64,000 bases of DNA from Candidatus Kaiserbacteria bacterium CG10_big_fil_rev_8_21_14_0_10_47_16 (lineage in GTDB: Bacteria > Patescibacteriota > Minisyncoccia > Phycocordibacterales > UBA918). This document shows positions 36,732 to 47,078 of this stretch, piece after piece. The notes below the pieces were generated by a model, which was not told the DNA's origin, searched no databases, and worked only from the letters and a program-made list of their open reading frames with translations. The DNA lies in the NCBI GenBank assembly GCA_002773395.1, contig PFBI01000006.1, positions 242,797-306,796 on the forward strand. The letters run 5' to 3'. The translations under genes and the position numbers were made by a program. Every line of letters begins with the position of its first letter. Within the stretch, counting starts at the first letter, position 1.

Positions 36732-37829
36732 ATGAACTACGTTATACAACCTAGCACTCAAGACCCTGAGCCTTCAGATATACCCAAGTCTGGCCAGACG
36801 ACATATTCTCACGTAAAGCATATTCTTGTTGAAATGCTTCCTATTGTGATACTCGTTGTTGCCCCGCTATCTGTGCATGCGGGTGTTTTTTCTTCATTTC
36901 TAAACGGGAGTGTTGTGTACTATCAACAAGATCCGATCTTCGCAAATGCGCAAACGGAAAGTCTTCTCAAGGCGGCGAACCATACTGACCCAAACCCAGC
37001 AAAAGGCGGCGGTGATATTTTAATAGAAGACGGTGCGCTTGTAGCCGAATCACTCAGTGACGGGACTGATAGTGTGAACTCGCGTACGGCAAACGGTGAG
37101 ATTAGTGTGTACGTCGTACGCGAGGGTGACACGCTTTCACAAATCGCACAGATGTTTGATGTGTCTCCAAATACTATTCTGTGGGCGAACGACATCACGG
37201 ACCCGAGTATTATTCGTCCCGGGAAAGAGCTCGTCATTCTCCCTATCACGGGTGTACGTCACATCGTAAAGAAAGGTGACACGATTGCCACCATCGCGAA
37301 GAAGTACGACGGTGACGCGGAAGAAATCATTGCATACAACCGCCTTGCATCAGCACAAGATATTAGTGTTGGTGATACCGTGGTGATCCCAAGTGGTGTA
37401 GTCGCAGCTCCTTCACTCTCAAAGACTACGAGTGGTTCGCGAACTTCAACGAGTGGGTCTGCAGTTGCAACAGGAAGTGGCAGTAGCGGATTCATCAATC
37501 CTCTCCCCGGCTCAGTAAAGACACAAGGTATCCACGGATACAACGGCGTCGACCTCTCTGGTGTCTCTGTTGGAACAGCAGTACGTGCTGCAGCGAGTGG
37601 ATCAGTTATTGTAGCGAAAGCATCTGGATGGAACGGTGGCTACGGAAGTTATATCGTTATTAAACACTCAAATGGAACACAGACGCTCTATGCCCACCTT
37701 TCATCTGTCTCTGTTTCTGTAGGACAGCAAGTTTCTGCAGGCGCAACAATTGGTGGTATGGGTAACTCAGGAAAGTCGACAGGGCCACACCTTCACTTTG
37801 AAGTTCGTGGAGCAAGTAACCCATTCTAA
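36732..37829 (+). CDS. LysM-domain M23 peptidase (true start may be downstream)
   Basis: Two LysM repeats; H.GVD, TLYAHL, GNSGKSTGPHLHFEV. Confidence 0.93.
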   Translation: MNYVIQPSTQDPEPSDIPKSGQTTYSHVKHILVEMLPIVILVVAPLSVHAGVFSSFLNGSVVYYQQDPIFANAQTESLLKAANHTDPNPAKGGGDILIEDGALVAESLSDGTDSVNSRTANGEISVYVVREGDTLSQIAQMFDVSPNTILWANDITDPSIIRPGKELVILPITGVRHIVKKGDTIATIAKKYDGDAEEIIAYNRLASAQDISVGDTVVIPSGVVAAPSLSKTTSGSRTSTSGSAVATGSGSSGFINPLPGSVKTQGIHGYNGVDLSGVSVGTAVRAAASGSVIVAKASGWNGGYGSYIVIKHSNGTQTLYAHLSSVSVSVGQQVSAGATIGGMGNSGKSTGPHLHFEVRGASNPF

Positions 37830-37885
37830 TATTTAAAACAAAGGTCCCGTGAGCGTAGCTCACGGGACCTTTGTTTTTAAAGCTT

Positions 37886-37985
37886 CAACGTCAGGTTTCT
37901 AAGCTCACTACGTTCGCTAAGAACCTCCTGTCCGGGCTCGCAATCGCCGCATTAGGAATAGCGGCGATATAGCTCCGCCGGGTGA
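37886..37985. repeat. Modular hairpin repeat, family B (partial)
   Basis: CCGGGCTCGC-[hairpin containing CATTAGGAATAG]-GCTCCG, shared with 57261-57312. Confidence 0.55.
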
Positions 37986-38015
37986 AACTAAAAAATATGA
38001 AGCAGTTCATATTTT

Positions 38016-39530
38016 TTAAAGTTTCACCCTATATTGCAGCGCTTCTAGAATATGGGGTGGTTCGATATTTTCCTTCTCATCAAGATCCGCTATTGTCTGC
38101 GCCACCTTGATCACTCGGTGGTAGCTGCGGGGCGAGAGCTTGAGTTTCGTTGCTGACATCCGTAAAAGGTCACGAACTTCGTCGGACAATACTATCTTTT
38201 CATCAATGACTCGCGCAGACATTTCTGCGTTCGCGGTAATGCCTCTGCCCTCAAACCGTTTCTGTTGTCGCGTTCGTGCGGCCGCTATCTGTTCTCGAGC
38301 GCGAGCAGTTTCTCCCGTGCGTGCATTCTCACTCGTCATCGTATCAAAATCAACATGTGGCACTGGAAGCCACAAATCAATACGGTCCAGAATCGGGCCT
38401 GATATTTTCTGTTTATAGGTCTCAAGCATTTGGTCGGTGTAATTGCCGCCATCATCTCCTCCGCGCGTTGGATTCATCGCTGCTACGAGCATGACGTCTG
38501 CAGGAAAGAGTACGGTGGAGTGAACACGTGAAATAGAAACGACTCGATCTTCAAGTGGTTGGCGGAGTGCGTCAATCGAGCGCCGTTCAAATTCAGGAAA
38601 CTCGTCGAGAAACAGTACGCCTCTATGTGCGAGTGTTACTTCCCCTGGTTTCGGGTGAGTGCCACCCCCAACAAGCGACGTGTGCGATGCGGTGTGATGG
38701 GGACTTCGAAACGGCGGCTTCCGCGAAATACCTTCTTCGAGTGTTCCTGCCACGGAATGGATCGCTGTTACTTCGAGTGCCTCCTCGGTAGTAAGTGGTG
38801 GAAGAATACCTTGGAGCGCACGCGCCAGCATTGTCTTTCCTGTCCCCGGTGGTCCAACGAAGATAATATTATGTCGCCCTGCTGCAGCGATAAGCAGTCC
38901 ACGCTTCGCGCTTTCCTGTCCGCGGATATCTTCAAGACGAATGATACCTTCATCCCAGAGTGTTTCGATTTGTGTTGGTGATTGCGAAGGAATGGTTGCA
39001 TGATCTTCCCGTGTTGCATCAATGTGTCTGATAACAGCAAGTAGATTTTCAGCAGGTGTCACGGTAATCCCCGGGATCAATGCTGATTCTTCTGCATTCT
39101 CCATTGGCACAATGACTTCAGTGAAGCCTGCGCGCACTGCCGCTTGCACAACAGGTAGCACGCCCCGTACTCCGCGGAGCGTTCCATCGAGCGCCAACTC
39201 ACCGACCAATAACGTGCGGTCAATTGATACCGTAATTTCTTCGGCAGCAATGAGATACGCAATCGCAATCGGTAAGTCAAAAAGCGGCCCCTCTTTCTTT
39301 AAATCTGCAGGTGCAAGTGAGACAACAATTTTATGATTTTCACTCTTTGGTGACGTAAACCCAGAATTTTTGATAGCGCTACTCACACGATCCTTCGCTT
39401 CTTCCACCGCCTTGCCCGCAAGCCCAACAAGCTGGAACGAATGCAGACCTCGTGAGAGGTCTGCTTCTACCGTGACGATATCTCCCCGAAGAATTCCTGG
39501 CTGTGCGGCAAAAACTCGGGCAACTGACAT
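38016..39530 (-). CDS. comM: YifB/ComM Mg-chelatase-like AAA+ ATPase
   Basis: APADLKKEG..FDLPIA, GPPGTGKT, PFRSPHH, AHRGVLFLDEFPEF, ISGPILDRID. Confidence 0.93.
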   Translation of the reverse strand: MSVARVFAAQPGILRGDIVTVEADLSRGLHSFQLVGLAGKAVEEAKDRVSSAIKNSGFTSPKSENHKIVVSLAPADLKKEGPLFDLPIAIAYLIAAEEITVSIDRTLLVGELALDGTLRGVRGVLPVVQAAVRAGFTEVIVPMENAEESALIPGITVTPAENLLAVIRHIDATREDHATIPSQSPTQIETLWDEGIIRLEDIRGQESAKRGLLIAAAGRHNIIFVGPPGTGKTMLARALQGILPPLTTEEALEVTAIHSVAGTLEEGISRKPPFRSPHHTASHTSLVGGGTHPKPGEVTLAHRGVLFLDEFPEFERRSIDALRQPLEDRVVSISRVHSTVLFPADVMLVAAMNPTRGGDDGGNYTDQMLETYKQKISGPILDRIDLWLPVPHVDFDTMTSENARTGETARAREQIAAARTRQQKRFEGRGITANAEMSARVIDEKIVLSDEVRDLLRMSATKLKLSPRSYHRVIKVAQTIADLDEKENIEPPHILEALQYRVKL

Positions 39531-39541
39531 GACTGAGTATA

Positions 39542-39919
39542 TTAGTTTGGAAGGTTAGCTTCTTCTTCTATGTGCGCTTTGCAAGTACGAGCTGCAGGAT
39601 TTGCGTCGAGACGGTCTGTCTCAATTTCTTCTCCTCCTATTTCACACACTCCGTATGTTCCCGCTTCAATATTTGCTAATGCGTGGGTGATGTTGTTGTA
39701 CCGTGTTTCAAGTACCGCAACAGTCGCCTTTCGCTCATCCCATTCTTCCGTGCGATCTGCCACATCGAGTGGATCAGCGTTCGACGTTCCTAAATCTTTC
39801 GTTGTCTCTATCCAGTTTTCAGTATTTTTTGGATCATGAATCCCTATCTCAGTGAGGTCCGCAGTTAATTCTGCAAGCAGTTCTTCAAGCTGTGTTTTAT
39901 ATTTCTGTGTATCTATCAT
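39542..39919 (-). CDS. TraR/DksA-family protein
   Basis: D..D.AD coiled-coil tip, GTYGVCE, RL.ANPAARTC. Confidence 0.85.
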   Translation of the reverse strand: MIDTQKYKTQLEELLAELTADLTEIGIHDPKNTENWIETTKDLGTSNADPLDVADRTEEWDERKATVAVLETRYNNITHALANIEAGTYGVCEIGGEEIETDRLDANPAARTCKAHIEEEANLPN

Positions 39920-39945
39920 AGATATATGGTATCACGAGGTATCTA

Positions 39946-41556
39946 TTACTGAAAAGCTGCTGCAATAGAGGCGAAGGCTTCTTCGGTTGTGGTGATGATG
40001 AGTGTATTTTGATTCAGGAAACCGTAGGTAATGTGCGCAGTAAGCGCTTCATCATAGAGTACACGAACGTTATGTCCTGATACCGTTCGATCGATGAAGC
40101 GTATGCCCGCAGGCTGTCCAAAGAGTGGCGAGAGATCTTGGCTCATGAATGATTCCCACTCAAGCATATTTGCGAATACCGTATCGAAGTTGTTTGTCTT
40201 CAATACCATGTACGGATGTACGCCCGATGTCTTGATACCACCGATCATCATGCGATCATCGAATGCTCTGACGAGACTACTCTGCACATGCGGGTTCAGC
40301 ACCGCAAAGAAATCTCCAGACGTCCATGCAATTGGATTTGCGGTACCGGGAGCAGTGAACACTATCTGACTCTCTGCGCCTGACTGCTGCGCAATAGCAT
40401 TTTGAATACCCCCGAGAAGCGCTGCGCGATCACTCGCGAGAGGAACTGAGAGCGATGAGTCGGTCGCAAAGAATCCAGCAACTGGTTGTGGTTGCGCATT
40501 CTGTCCTTGTGAACGAATGAACGTGTACCCTGCTGTTCCCGCTCCCCCAAGAAGCACAATGGCAAGAAGCACAATGAGGATCTTCCCAATAGAATAATTT
40601 TCTATAAAGCGCGCAAACGCACTCGGACCTTTGGGGACGCTTGGTATTTCTTTCTTCTCTTCGATGATTTTCTTTGGAATCTCAGGTTCAGGAATCGGTT
40701 CTGGCTCTTCTACGATCTCTGGTTCGGGAGTAGGTGGCGGGATAACGGGTTCTGGAACCGGCTCTGGTATTGGTTCCGGAATTGGTTCAGGAATCGGTTC
40801 TGGCTCTTTGACTGGTTGTGGCACAGGGATTGGTTCAGGCTCTGGTATTGAAATAGGTTCTGGTACCGGAGTTGGTACTGGTGCAGGCGCCTGCGTAGGA
40901 GTCTGCGCTTGCGGCTCTGGTCGTGGCGCCACTACCGGAGGTTTCGCTTCTACCCCTGGAGTGCGCTCCGTTATCGTACGCGCAATAAGATCTGGTTTTT
41001 CTTTTATAACTTTTTCCTCACGTCCGCCGAGGAAGTGTGACCATGATGGGCTTTCTTCTTCTCTGTCCTTTTTCTGAATAACAAACGGTTTCCCGGTCAC
41101 TCGTTCTGCATCTTGCTGAAGTGTACGAATACTCGCAAGTACCGCCGATCGATCGTTCGGTTCGGGAGTGAGTTTGTTGGTCACCGCTTCCGTGACTATC
41201 TGTACCCGCTCAGTCCCTGGAGCAACGGTTGGCACTTCCTTTTTCTTTGGGATCATCGGTGTGACGACTGCTTTTGTGGTATCACCTACGATTTCTGAGG
41301 CAGCATCCCTCATTGCCCCAAAGATAGAGCGCCGTGAACGTTGCTTGTCAGTCACAATCACTGCATCGTCCTCAGAGCTTTTCTCTGAAATATTCACGGT
41401 ACTGTCTGCTCCCGAAAGGAGTGAGTTCTTCTCCTCAGCATGGTGCATCGGAGGATTGGCGGGGGCACTGCTCGAAAACGCTGCCTTTGCTTTTGCAGCG
41501 TCAGTTGCCATTGTGTGCACTCCGTTATTCGGTTTCGATGATGACTTTTCGTCCAT
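39946..41556 (-). CDS. Hypothetical single-pass membrane protein with Pro/Glu-rich stalk
   Basis: PEPI repeats, one TM, C-terminal domain ending YGFLNQNTLIITT. Confidence 0.8.
   Translation of the reverse strand: MDEKSSSKPNNGVHTMATDAAKAKAAFSSSAPANPPMHHAEEKNSLLSGADSTVNISEKSSEDDAVIVTDKQRSRRSIFGAMRDAASEIVGDTTKAVVTPMIPKKKEVPTVAPGTERVQIVTEAVTNKLTPEPNDRSAVLASIRTLQQDAERVTGKPFVIQKKDREEESPSWSHFLGGREEKVIKEKPDLIARTITERTPGVEAKPPVVAPRPEPQAQTPTQAPAPVPTPVPEPISIPEPEPIPVPQPVKEPEPIPEPIPEPIPEPVPEPVIPPPTPEPEIVEEPEPIPEPEIPKKIIEEKKEIPSVPKGPSAFARFIENYSIGKILIVLLAIVLLGGAGTAGYTFIRSQGQNAQPQPVAGFFATDSSLSVPLASDRAALLGGIQNAIAQQSGAESQIVFTAPGTANPIAWTSGDFFAVLNPHVQSSLVRAFDDRMMIGGIKTSGVHPYMVLKTNNFDTVFANMLEWESFMSQDLSPLFGQPAGIRFIDRTVSGHNVRVLYDEALTAHITYGFLNQNTLIITTTEEAFASIAAAFQ
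40680..40925 (-). repeat. Imperfect coding tandem repeat (PEP[I/V])n
   Basis: Degenerate 12-nt units inside the CDS. Confidence 0.75.
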
Positions 41557-41656
41557 ACAATATGTATAGTATCGCATACGCGACATGATCCTCTGTACAC
41601 CATATCGGGAAAACGCCCTGCAGCTAAAAGCTGCAGGGCGTTTCTATTCGAAGAAA

Positions 41657-43789
41657 TTAATTATGTTCGGGAGCGGTGAGGCCTTTCTTCGCGCCAAACT
41701 CTGGGTCAACCTGCTTGATAGAAAGTCCAACCTTTCCATCTTCCACCTTCGTCACAACAACAGAAACGGTCTCACCTTCTGCAAGCACACCATCGAGATC
41801 CTCAAGTCGCCACGGCACGATCTCTGAAATATGAATGAGCCCTTCCGTGGAACCATTGAGGCGTGCAAACGCACCAAACGGCGCGATGCGTGTAATCACT
41901 GCATCCATCTTCTCCCCTACCGCAAAGACGCGAGTGAGTTCGCGGATACGCTCCGCGGCCTTCTCTGCAGTTCCGTCCTTACCGGTAATATATATCGTTC
42001 CGTCTTCTTCAATAGAAATTTCCTGTACGCCGGTATCGTCCTTGATTCCGTTAATTGTTTTTCCGCCACCGCCGATGACGAGTCCAATCTGCGATGACAG
42101 AATACTGAGCGTAATAATCTTTGGCGCACGCGGTGAAATGTCTGGTCGATGTGTTGGCATTTCTTTCTCCATCACCTCAATAATCTGCAAGCGTGCCTGC
42201 TTTGCTTTCTCAAGTGCTTCCCCAAGAATTTTCACAGGAATACCGCCCACCTTCACATCCATCTGCATCGCCGTCACTCCCTCTCGTGTTCCTGCAACTT
42301 TAAAGTCCATATCACCGTGTTCATCTTCCGGACCTTGGATGTCGGTGAGGAGTGCATACTTCTCAGGACTTTCCATCATGAGTCCTGATGCAATACCCGC
42401 AACGTGGCGCATGATTGGCACACCGCCGTCGAGCAGTGCGAGCGTTGAGCCACACACCGATCCCATTGATGATGATCCATTCGATGCCATCGTTTCTGAA
42501 ACCAAACGAATCGTGTATGGAAATTCATCCTTCGGAGGAATAACGGGCACGAGCGCCTTTTCTGCGAGAGCGCCGTGCCCAATCATACGACGATTAAAAC
42601 CGCCAACACGCCCTGCCTCCCCCACTGAAAATGGTGGGAAGTTGTAGTGGTGCATGAATCGCTTCTTTACGTCACGTTCCTCCATCGAATCAATGAGCTG
42701 TGAGTCTTCAGGGCCGCCGAGTGTGAGCGCGGTGAAGATATGTGTTCCTCCGCGGTAGAAGATACCGCTTCCATGAAGGACCGGGGACACGCCGCCGGCC
42801 TGTGCGTAGAGGCTTCGCACTTCATCCATAGCACGACCATCCGCTCGCTTCCCCTCTTCAAGAGCTCCGCGATGAAGTTCGGCGTCGATCGCATGTTCAA
42901 ACATATCCGCGGCCATACCATTGTTTGGATTTTCTATCTGTTCTTTGAGAAGCGTAAACCATTCATCTTTCAGTTCGTAAAGATGCGCTTTTCCCGGCTT
43001 CTCCGAAAAAAGCACTGCAGAGAGTTTTGGAAGAATCGCTGAATCAAAGAGAGCTTGTACATCTTCCGGAATCTCCTTCGATTTGATAGCGCGCTTTTCT
43101 TTCCCAATCTCTGCAATAATATCCTGCTGGAATTTCAGAAGTGTGTTGTGAATTTTCACAGATTCTTCAAGTGCTGCAAGTATCTCACTCTCAGAGACCT
43201 CATTCCCTGCAGTCTCAATCATGTTTACATTGCCATCTTTCCCACAAGCAAGCACCTCGAGTGGAAGCGCTCCTTCTGCACGCTCTTTGTACGTAGGATT
43301 GAAGACCCAATTGCCGGCGATGTCCTTCCCGATACGTACTGCGCCAACAGGGCCTGCCCACGGAATGTTTGAGGTAGCAAGTGCAAGTGATGCACCAATA
43401 ACACCGAGCACGTCTGGGTCATCTTCACCCATTGCGAGCACGGTGATAACCACCTGCACGTCATACCGAATACTATGATCAAAGAGCGGTCTGATGGTAC
43501 GGTCAACAATACGCGCAGAGAGTACTGCTTCATCACTCGGCCGTCCTTCTCGTCGCATAAAGCGACTGCCGAGAATTTGTCCTGCAGCATAAAACTTTTC
43601 CTCAAAGTCTACCGAGAGTGGAAAATACGGCATGCCCGGCTTTTCTTCTTCACCCATGACTGCGGTTACGAGCACCACTGTCTCTCCCATACGAAGCATG
43701 ACTGAGCCGTGTGCGTGTTCGGTAAGGTCAGTAAAGTCTGCGGTGAGGGTCTTCCCCGCAATGTCTACCGAATATGATTTCTTTTGCAT
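41657..43789 (-). CDS. pnp: Polyribonucleotide nucleotidyltransferase
   Basis: Two RNase PH domains, HYNFPPFSVGE, SNGSSSMGSVC, GDMDFKVAGT, KH and S1 domains. Confidence 0.97.
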   Translation of the reverse strand: MQKKSYSVDIAGKTLTADFTDLTEHAHGSVMLRMGETVVLVTAVMGEEEKPGMPYFPLSVDFEEKFYAAGQILGSRFMRREGRPSDEAVLSARIVDRTIRPLFDHSIRYDVQVVITVLAMGEDDPDVLGVIGASLALATSNIPWAGPVGAVRIGKDIAGNWVFNPTYKERAEGALPLEVLACGKDGNVNMIETAGNEVSESEILAALEESVKIHNTLLKFQQDIIAEIGKEKRAIKSKEIPEDVQALFDSAILPKLSAVLFSEKPGKAHLYELKDEWFTLLKEQIENPNNGMAADMFEHAIDAELHRGALEEGKRADGRAMDEVRSLYAQAGGVSPVLHGSGIFYRGGTHIFTALTLGGPEDSQLIDSMEERDVKKRFMHHYNFPPFSVGEAGRVGGFNRRMIGHGALAEKALVPVIPPKDEFPYTIRLVSETMASNGSSSMGSVCGSTLALLDGGVPIMRHVAGIASGLMMESPEKYALLTDIQGPEDEHGDMDFKVAGTREGVTAMQMDVKVGGIPVKILGEALEKAKQARLQIIEVMEKEMPTHRPDISPRAPKIITLSILSSQIGLVIGGGGKTINGIKDDTGVQEISIEEDGTIYITGKDGTAEKAAERIRELTRVFAVGEKMDAVITRIAPFGAFARLNGSTEGLIHISEIVPWRLEDLDGVLAEGETVSVVVTKVEDGKVGLSIKQVDPEFGAKKGLTAPEHN

Positions 43790-43935
43790 TATAAATTTAC
43801 GTCTTAGGAGCGGTACAGGCTCCAGAGTACAACACTATACGTTGAAACCTGCCTGCCTATATCGCTCACTGATAACACGCCTAGTGTACCAAATATAAAA
43901 AAGCGGCGGAAGGCACTCTGCCTTCCGCCACATAT

Positions 43936-44367
43936 TCAGTGCAACAGCACGCCGTCTTCGAGCATGCATGATGCCAATCGCTCCATAATTGTGGCGCCAA
44001 TACCTCTAAACTTTGGATCGTCCCCCGAGACGCTCTTTTGCGCCCAGTAGAGGAGGACGCGCTTGTTTGCAACAGAACGGAACGTCCCGACACGTGCGAG
44101 ATTTTTATGTTTACTTCCTCGCTTCGCGAAAGAGTGGAACGTATCTGCCAGACGTGCAACCTGAGTCGCATACATTCCTTTTTCCAAGAGACGCGGAGCG
44201 ATCGATTGGATGTAATCGCTGAGAAGCATTGCCTCGTCTATGCTGTTGCGACGTTCGAGCGTTTTGATCAAATCCTCGATGACACGAGGATCACGACCAG
44301 ACGCATCGACCAACTGTTGGAGAGCGACCGCCATCGGTCCTTCAGCACGAAACACATGTTTACTCAT
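43936..44367 (-). CDS. Hypothetical protein
   Basis: ORF bounded by terminator hairpins on both sides. Confidence 0.55.
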   Translation of the reverse strand: MSKHVFRAEGPMAVALQQLVDASGRDPRVIEDLIKTLERRNSIDEAMLLSDYIQSIAPRLLEKGMYATQVARLADTFHSFAKRGSKHKNLARVGTFRSVANKRVLLYWAQKSVSGDDPKFRGIGATIMERLASCMLEDGVLLH

Positions 44368-44459
44368 GGTATTCCCCACTAATGTAACTATTCTACCGGC
44401 ACTATACTCCAAAAAGCCGCGGCACGAAAGTGCCGCGGCTTTTTGGAATGGAGAAGAAA

Positions 44460-45035
44460 TTATCCTTCAATATCATCAGTGTCGGTACCGACAATGTGTT
44501 GAATTTGTCGTTTGAATCCTCCGCGCTGTCGATATCCGATAAGATATTTCTTCGGGTCTTCATCAAGGTCGGTAAATTCATCCACAAACTCTCGGAGCTT
44601 TGATGAACATGAACGACCAAAGGTAATGGCCTCAATCTGGCATCCCTCTGAACGTACATATTCGACAAGTGGAATGAAGTCGCCGTCTCCGGTTGCAATT
44701 ACGATTGCATCTACCTTGCTTGCGACTTTAACGGCATCAATAGCCATTCCAACGTCCCAATCGGCTTTCTTTGCGCCACCGTAAAAGATCTGAAGATCCT
44801 TCGTTTTTACTTCGATGCCTATTTTTTCAAGTGCTTCGAAAAATGGTTGCTCTTCACCTGATTCGGTAGTGACCACGTACGCTTGTGCGCGCACGAGCTT
44901 ACGTCCTCCAACTGCTGTTTTTACAATAGCATCGAAGTTTGCTTTCGCTTTATAAAGGTTTTTTGCACTGTGGTAGAGGTTTTGTGTATCAATAAAAATT
45001 GCCACACGTTGCTCTGGGTGTTTTATAACTGACAT
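44460..45035 (-). CDS. NYN-domain (LabA/DUF88) protein
   Basis: FIDTQNLY, KADWDVGMAIDA, TGDGDF. Confidence 0.92.
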   Translation of the reverse strand: MSVIKHPEQRVAIFIDTQNLYHSAKNLYKAKANFDAIVKTAVGGRKLVRAQAYVVTTESGEEQPFFEALEKIGIEVKTKDLQIFYGGAKKADWDVGMAIDAVKVASKVDAIVIATGDGDFIPLVEYVRSEGCQIEAITFGRSCSSKLREFVDEFTDLDEDPKKYLIGYRQRGGFKRQIQHIVGTDTDDIEG

Positions 45036-45171
45036 AGAGTATATCGTTTGAATTATTAAAAAGTGAAACAGCGCTTCACGCTTCGACTATGAAAATGGGT
45101 GCTGTTCCACTCGTACTATAACATAATGCGCGTCCCCGAAGGGAACGCGCATTATGTCCTGCATGAAGATA

Positions 45172-45438
45172 TTACTTCTTGATGCCGAGCTTCTTGATGA
45201 GTGCAGCGTATGCCTTTGCATCTTTTCGCTCGAGGTACTTAAGGTGCTTGCGGCGATCCGCAACCATCTGAAGTAGTCCACGACGTGAGTGAAAATCCTT
45301 ACCGTGCTTCTTGAGGTGCTTTGAAAGCTCATCAATTTGCTTTGTGAGAATTGATACCTGAACTTCTGGTGAACCAGTGTCAGAATCATGACGCTTCACG
45401 TCTTTTATTACGTTCTCTTTCTTTCGTTTGGTCAACAT
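45172..45438 (-). CDS. rpsO: 30S ribosomal protein S15
   Basis: DTGSPEVQV, KDFHSRRGLL. Confidence 0.97.
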   Translation of the reverse strand: MLTKRKKENVIKDVKRHDSDTGSPEVQVSILTKQIDELSKHLKKHGKDFHSRRGLLQMVADRRKHLKYLERKDAKAYAALIKKLGIKK

Positions 45439-45661
45439 ATTCGATATTGTAAAATGAAATATATAGTTCTGCGAGGTAGATAGCCCTCTCGAAGGTGGGA
45501 CTACTTTACCACAAATTGACAGGGAATGCAAGCATAAGACCGGTGAGAAAATGGCGTCTGCTCGCCATTTTTAGGTTACACAAAAGGCCGGCGTGTAACG
45601 CCGGCCTTTTGTAAAACCTAAAATAAAGGCTTATTTTACCTCTTCTTCCTTTTGAAGCGGA

Positions 45662-45812
45662 AGGGTCAAGTTGCTAAGTATAATTCTTCGCTACGCTTGA
45701 ATTCTACTAAGCACTTCCTCCCCGGGCTCGCCTGTTTTGTTTCTAGAAACGAAACAAAACACGGCTCCGCCTCTTACCCACTTCACGAAAGCAAAGCAGT
45801 TTGCTTTCTAAA
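45662..45812. repeat. Modular hairpin repeat, family B
   Basis: First 70 nt nearly identical to 57201-57270; GAAAGCAAA..TTTGCTTTCTAAA module shared with 49755-49780. Confidence 0.8.
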
Positions 45813-45819
45813 AGCCTCC

Positions 45820-46359
45820 CTATTCGGTCGGCTTTTGAAGTGGCAAGCCAATGTGTCGGAGAACTGCTTCTGCTTCCTCCTTTGACTTTGCTGATGTAAC
45901 AATTGTTACTGCAAACCCAAAAGCGTCCTTGAGTTCATCATCTGCTGTTTCTGGGAAAATACTGTGCTCTGGAATACCGAGCGTATAGTTCCCCATTTCA
46001 TCAATCGCTGAAACCTTAAGACCGCGGAAGTCGCGAGTACTTGGAAGTGCAATGTGTATAAGCTTATCAAGGAAGTGATGCATTCGGGCTCCACGAAGTG
46101 TTACCTGAAATCCAATCACGTCTCCCTCTCGAAGTTTAAAGCTTGCAATAGATTGCTTCGCCTTACGTGGTGCAACTTTCTGACCAGTAATAAGTGCGAG
46201 ACGATTCTGAATCAACTGAATCTTCTGTTTATCTGCAACCTTACCAATACCTGTTGAGATCACCACCTTCTCGATACGCGGTGTTTGCATAACATTCACA
46301 TATCCAAACCCTTCTTTCAGGGTATCAAATGCTGTCTGTAATTTTTCTTTTATAATCAT
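45820..46359 (-). CDS. rplE: 50S ribosomal protein L5
   Basis: ITGQK, SIASFKLREG, RDFRG. Confidence 0.97.
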   Translation of the reverse strand: MIIKEKLQTAFDTLKEGFGYVNVMQTPRIEKVVISTGIGKVADKQKIQLIQNRLALITGQKVAPRKAKQSIASFKLREGDVIGFQVTLRGARMHHFLDKLIHIALPSTRDFRGLKVSAIDEMGNYTLGIPEHSIFPETADDELKDAFGFAVTIVTSAKSKEEAEAVLRHIGLPLQKPTE

Positions 46360-46369
46360 ATGCGTATAT

Positions 46370-46687
46370 TTATGCTTTTTCACCGCTTGGGCGTACGACG
46401 CGAACCTTTTTCGCATCCTTGCCTTCGCCTTCTACATTGTATCCAATTCGACCGGGTTTATCTGTTTTTCCATCTTTGAGTCCAACGTTCGATACGTGAA
46501 TCGGCATTGGCTTCTTGATGATTTGCCCCTGTGAGCCACGAGTACGTGACTTTTGGTGCTTCGTCATGATGTTGATTCCTTCAACGACCACCATCTCTGT
46601 CTTTGGGAATGCGTGCACAACGCTTCCACTCTTACCTTTGTCTTTGCCAGAAATGACAATAACATGGTCTCCTTTCTTGATTTTCAT
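46370..46687 (-). CDS. rplX: 50S ribosomal protein L24
   Basis: KKGD.V.VISGKDKGK, PIHVSNV. Confidence 0.97.
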   Translation of the reverse strand: MKIKKGDHVIVISGKDKGKSGSVVHAFPKTEMVVVEGINIMTKHQKSRTRGSQGQIIKKPMPIHVSNVGLKDGKTDKPGRIGYNVEGEGKDAKKVRVVRPSGEKA

Positions 46688-46702
46688 AACAATAAAATAA
46701 GA

Positions 46703-47074
46703 TTAGACAACCTCGGGTGCGAGGGACACAATTTTCTGATAACCAGCTTCTGCAATTTCTCGTGGAATCGGACCGAACACTCGGTTTGCCCGTGGTTCTT
46801 TCTTCGTCTTTTCGACGAGTACCACTGCATTCTCATCGAAACTCACGTACGATCCGTCTTTTCGACGAAACGGCTTCTTCTGACGTACGACAATTCCGTA
46901 CACGATGTCTTTCTTCTTCACTTGCTTTCGTGGTTCTGCTACCTGAATAGAAAGCACTACCATTTCACCAAGTTCTGCGTATCGCTTCTTTGAACCGCCG
47001 AGCACTTTGAAGACTCGTCCGATCTTACCGCCGGAGTTGTCTGCAATTTTAACGATAGTCTGTGGTTGAATCAT
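46703..47074 (-). CDS. rplN: 50S ribosomal protein L14
   Basis: MIQPQT..ADNSG, FDENA, SLAPEV. Confidence 0.97.
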   Translation of the reverse strand: MIQPQTIVKIADNSGGKIGRVFKVLGGSKKRYAELGEMVVLSIQVAEPRKQVKKKDIVYGIVVRQKKPFRRKDGSYVSFDENAVVLVEKTKKEPRANRVFGPIPREIAEAGYQKIVSLAPEVV

Positions 47075-47078
47075 AAGC

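Noticed and set aside
40680-40925. Tandem repeats as a non-coding array or phase-variation switch
   Set aside because: Units are in-frame multiples of 3 with synonymous variation, consistent with a protein-level PEPI stalk.
41835-42647. Long antisense ORFs in the track (e.g. 41835-42647, 8875-9516, 55896-56576, 4472-5035)
   Set aside because: Shadows of well-supported genes on the opposite strand, with no recognisable motifs.
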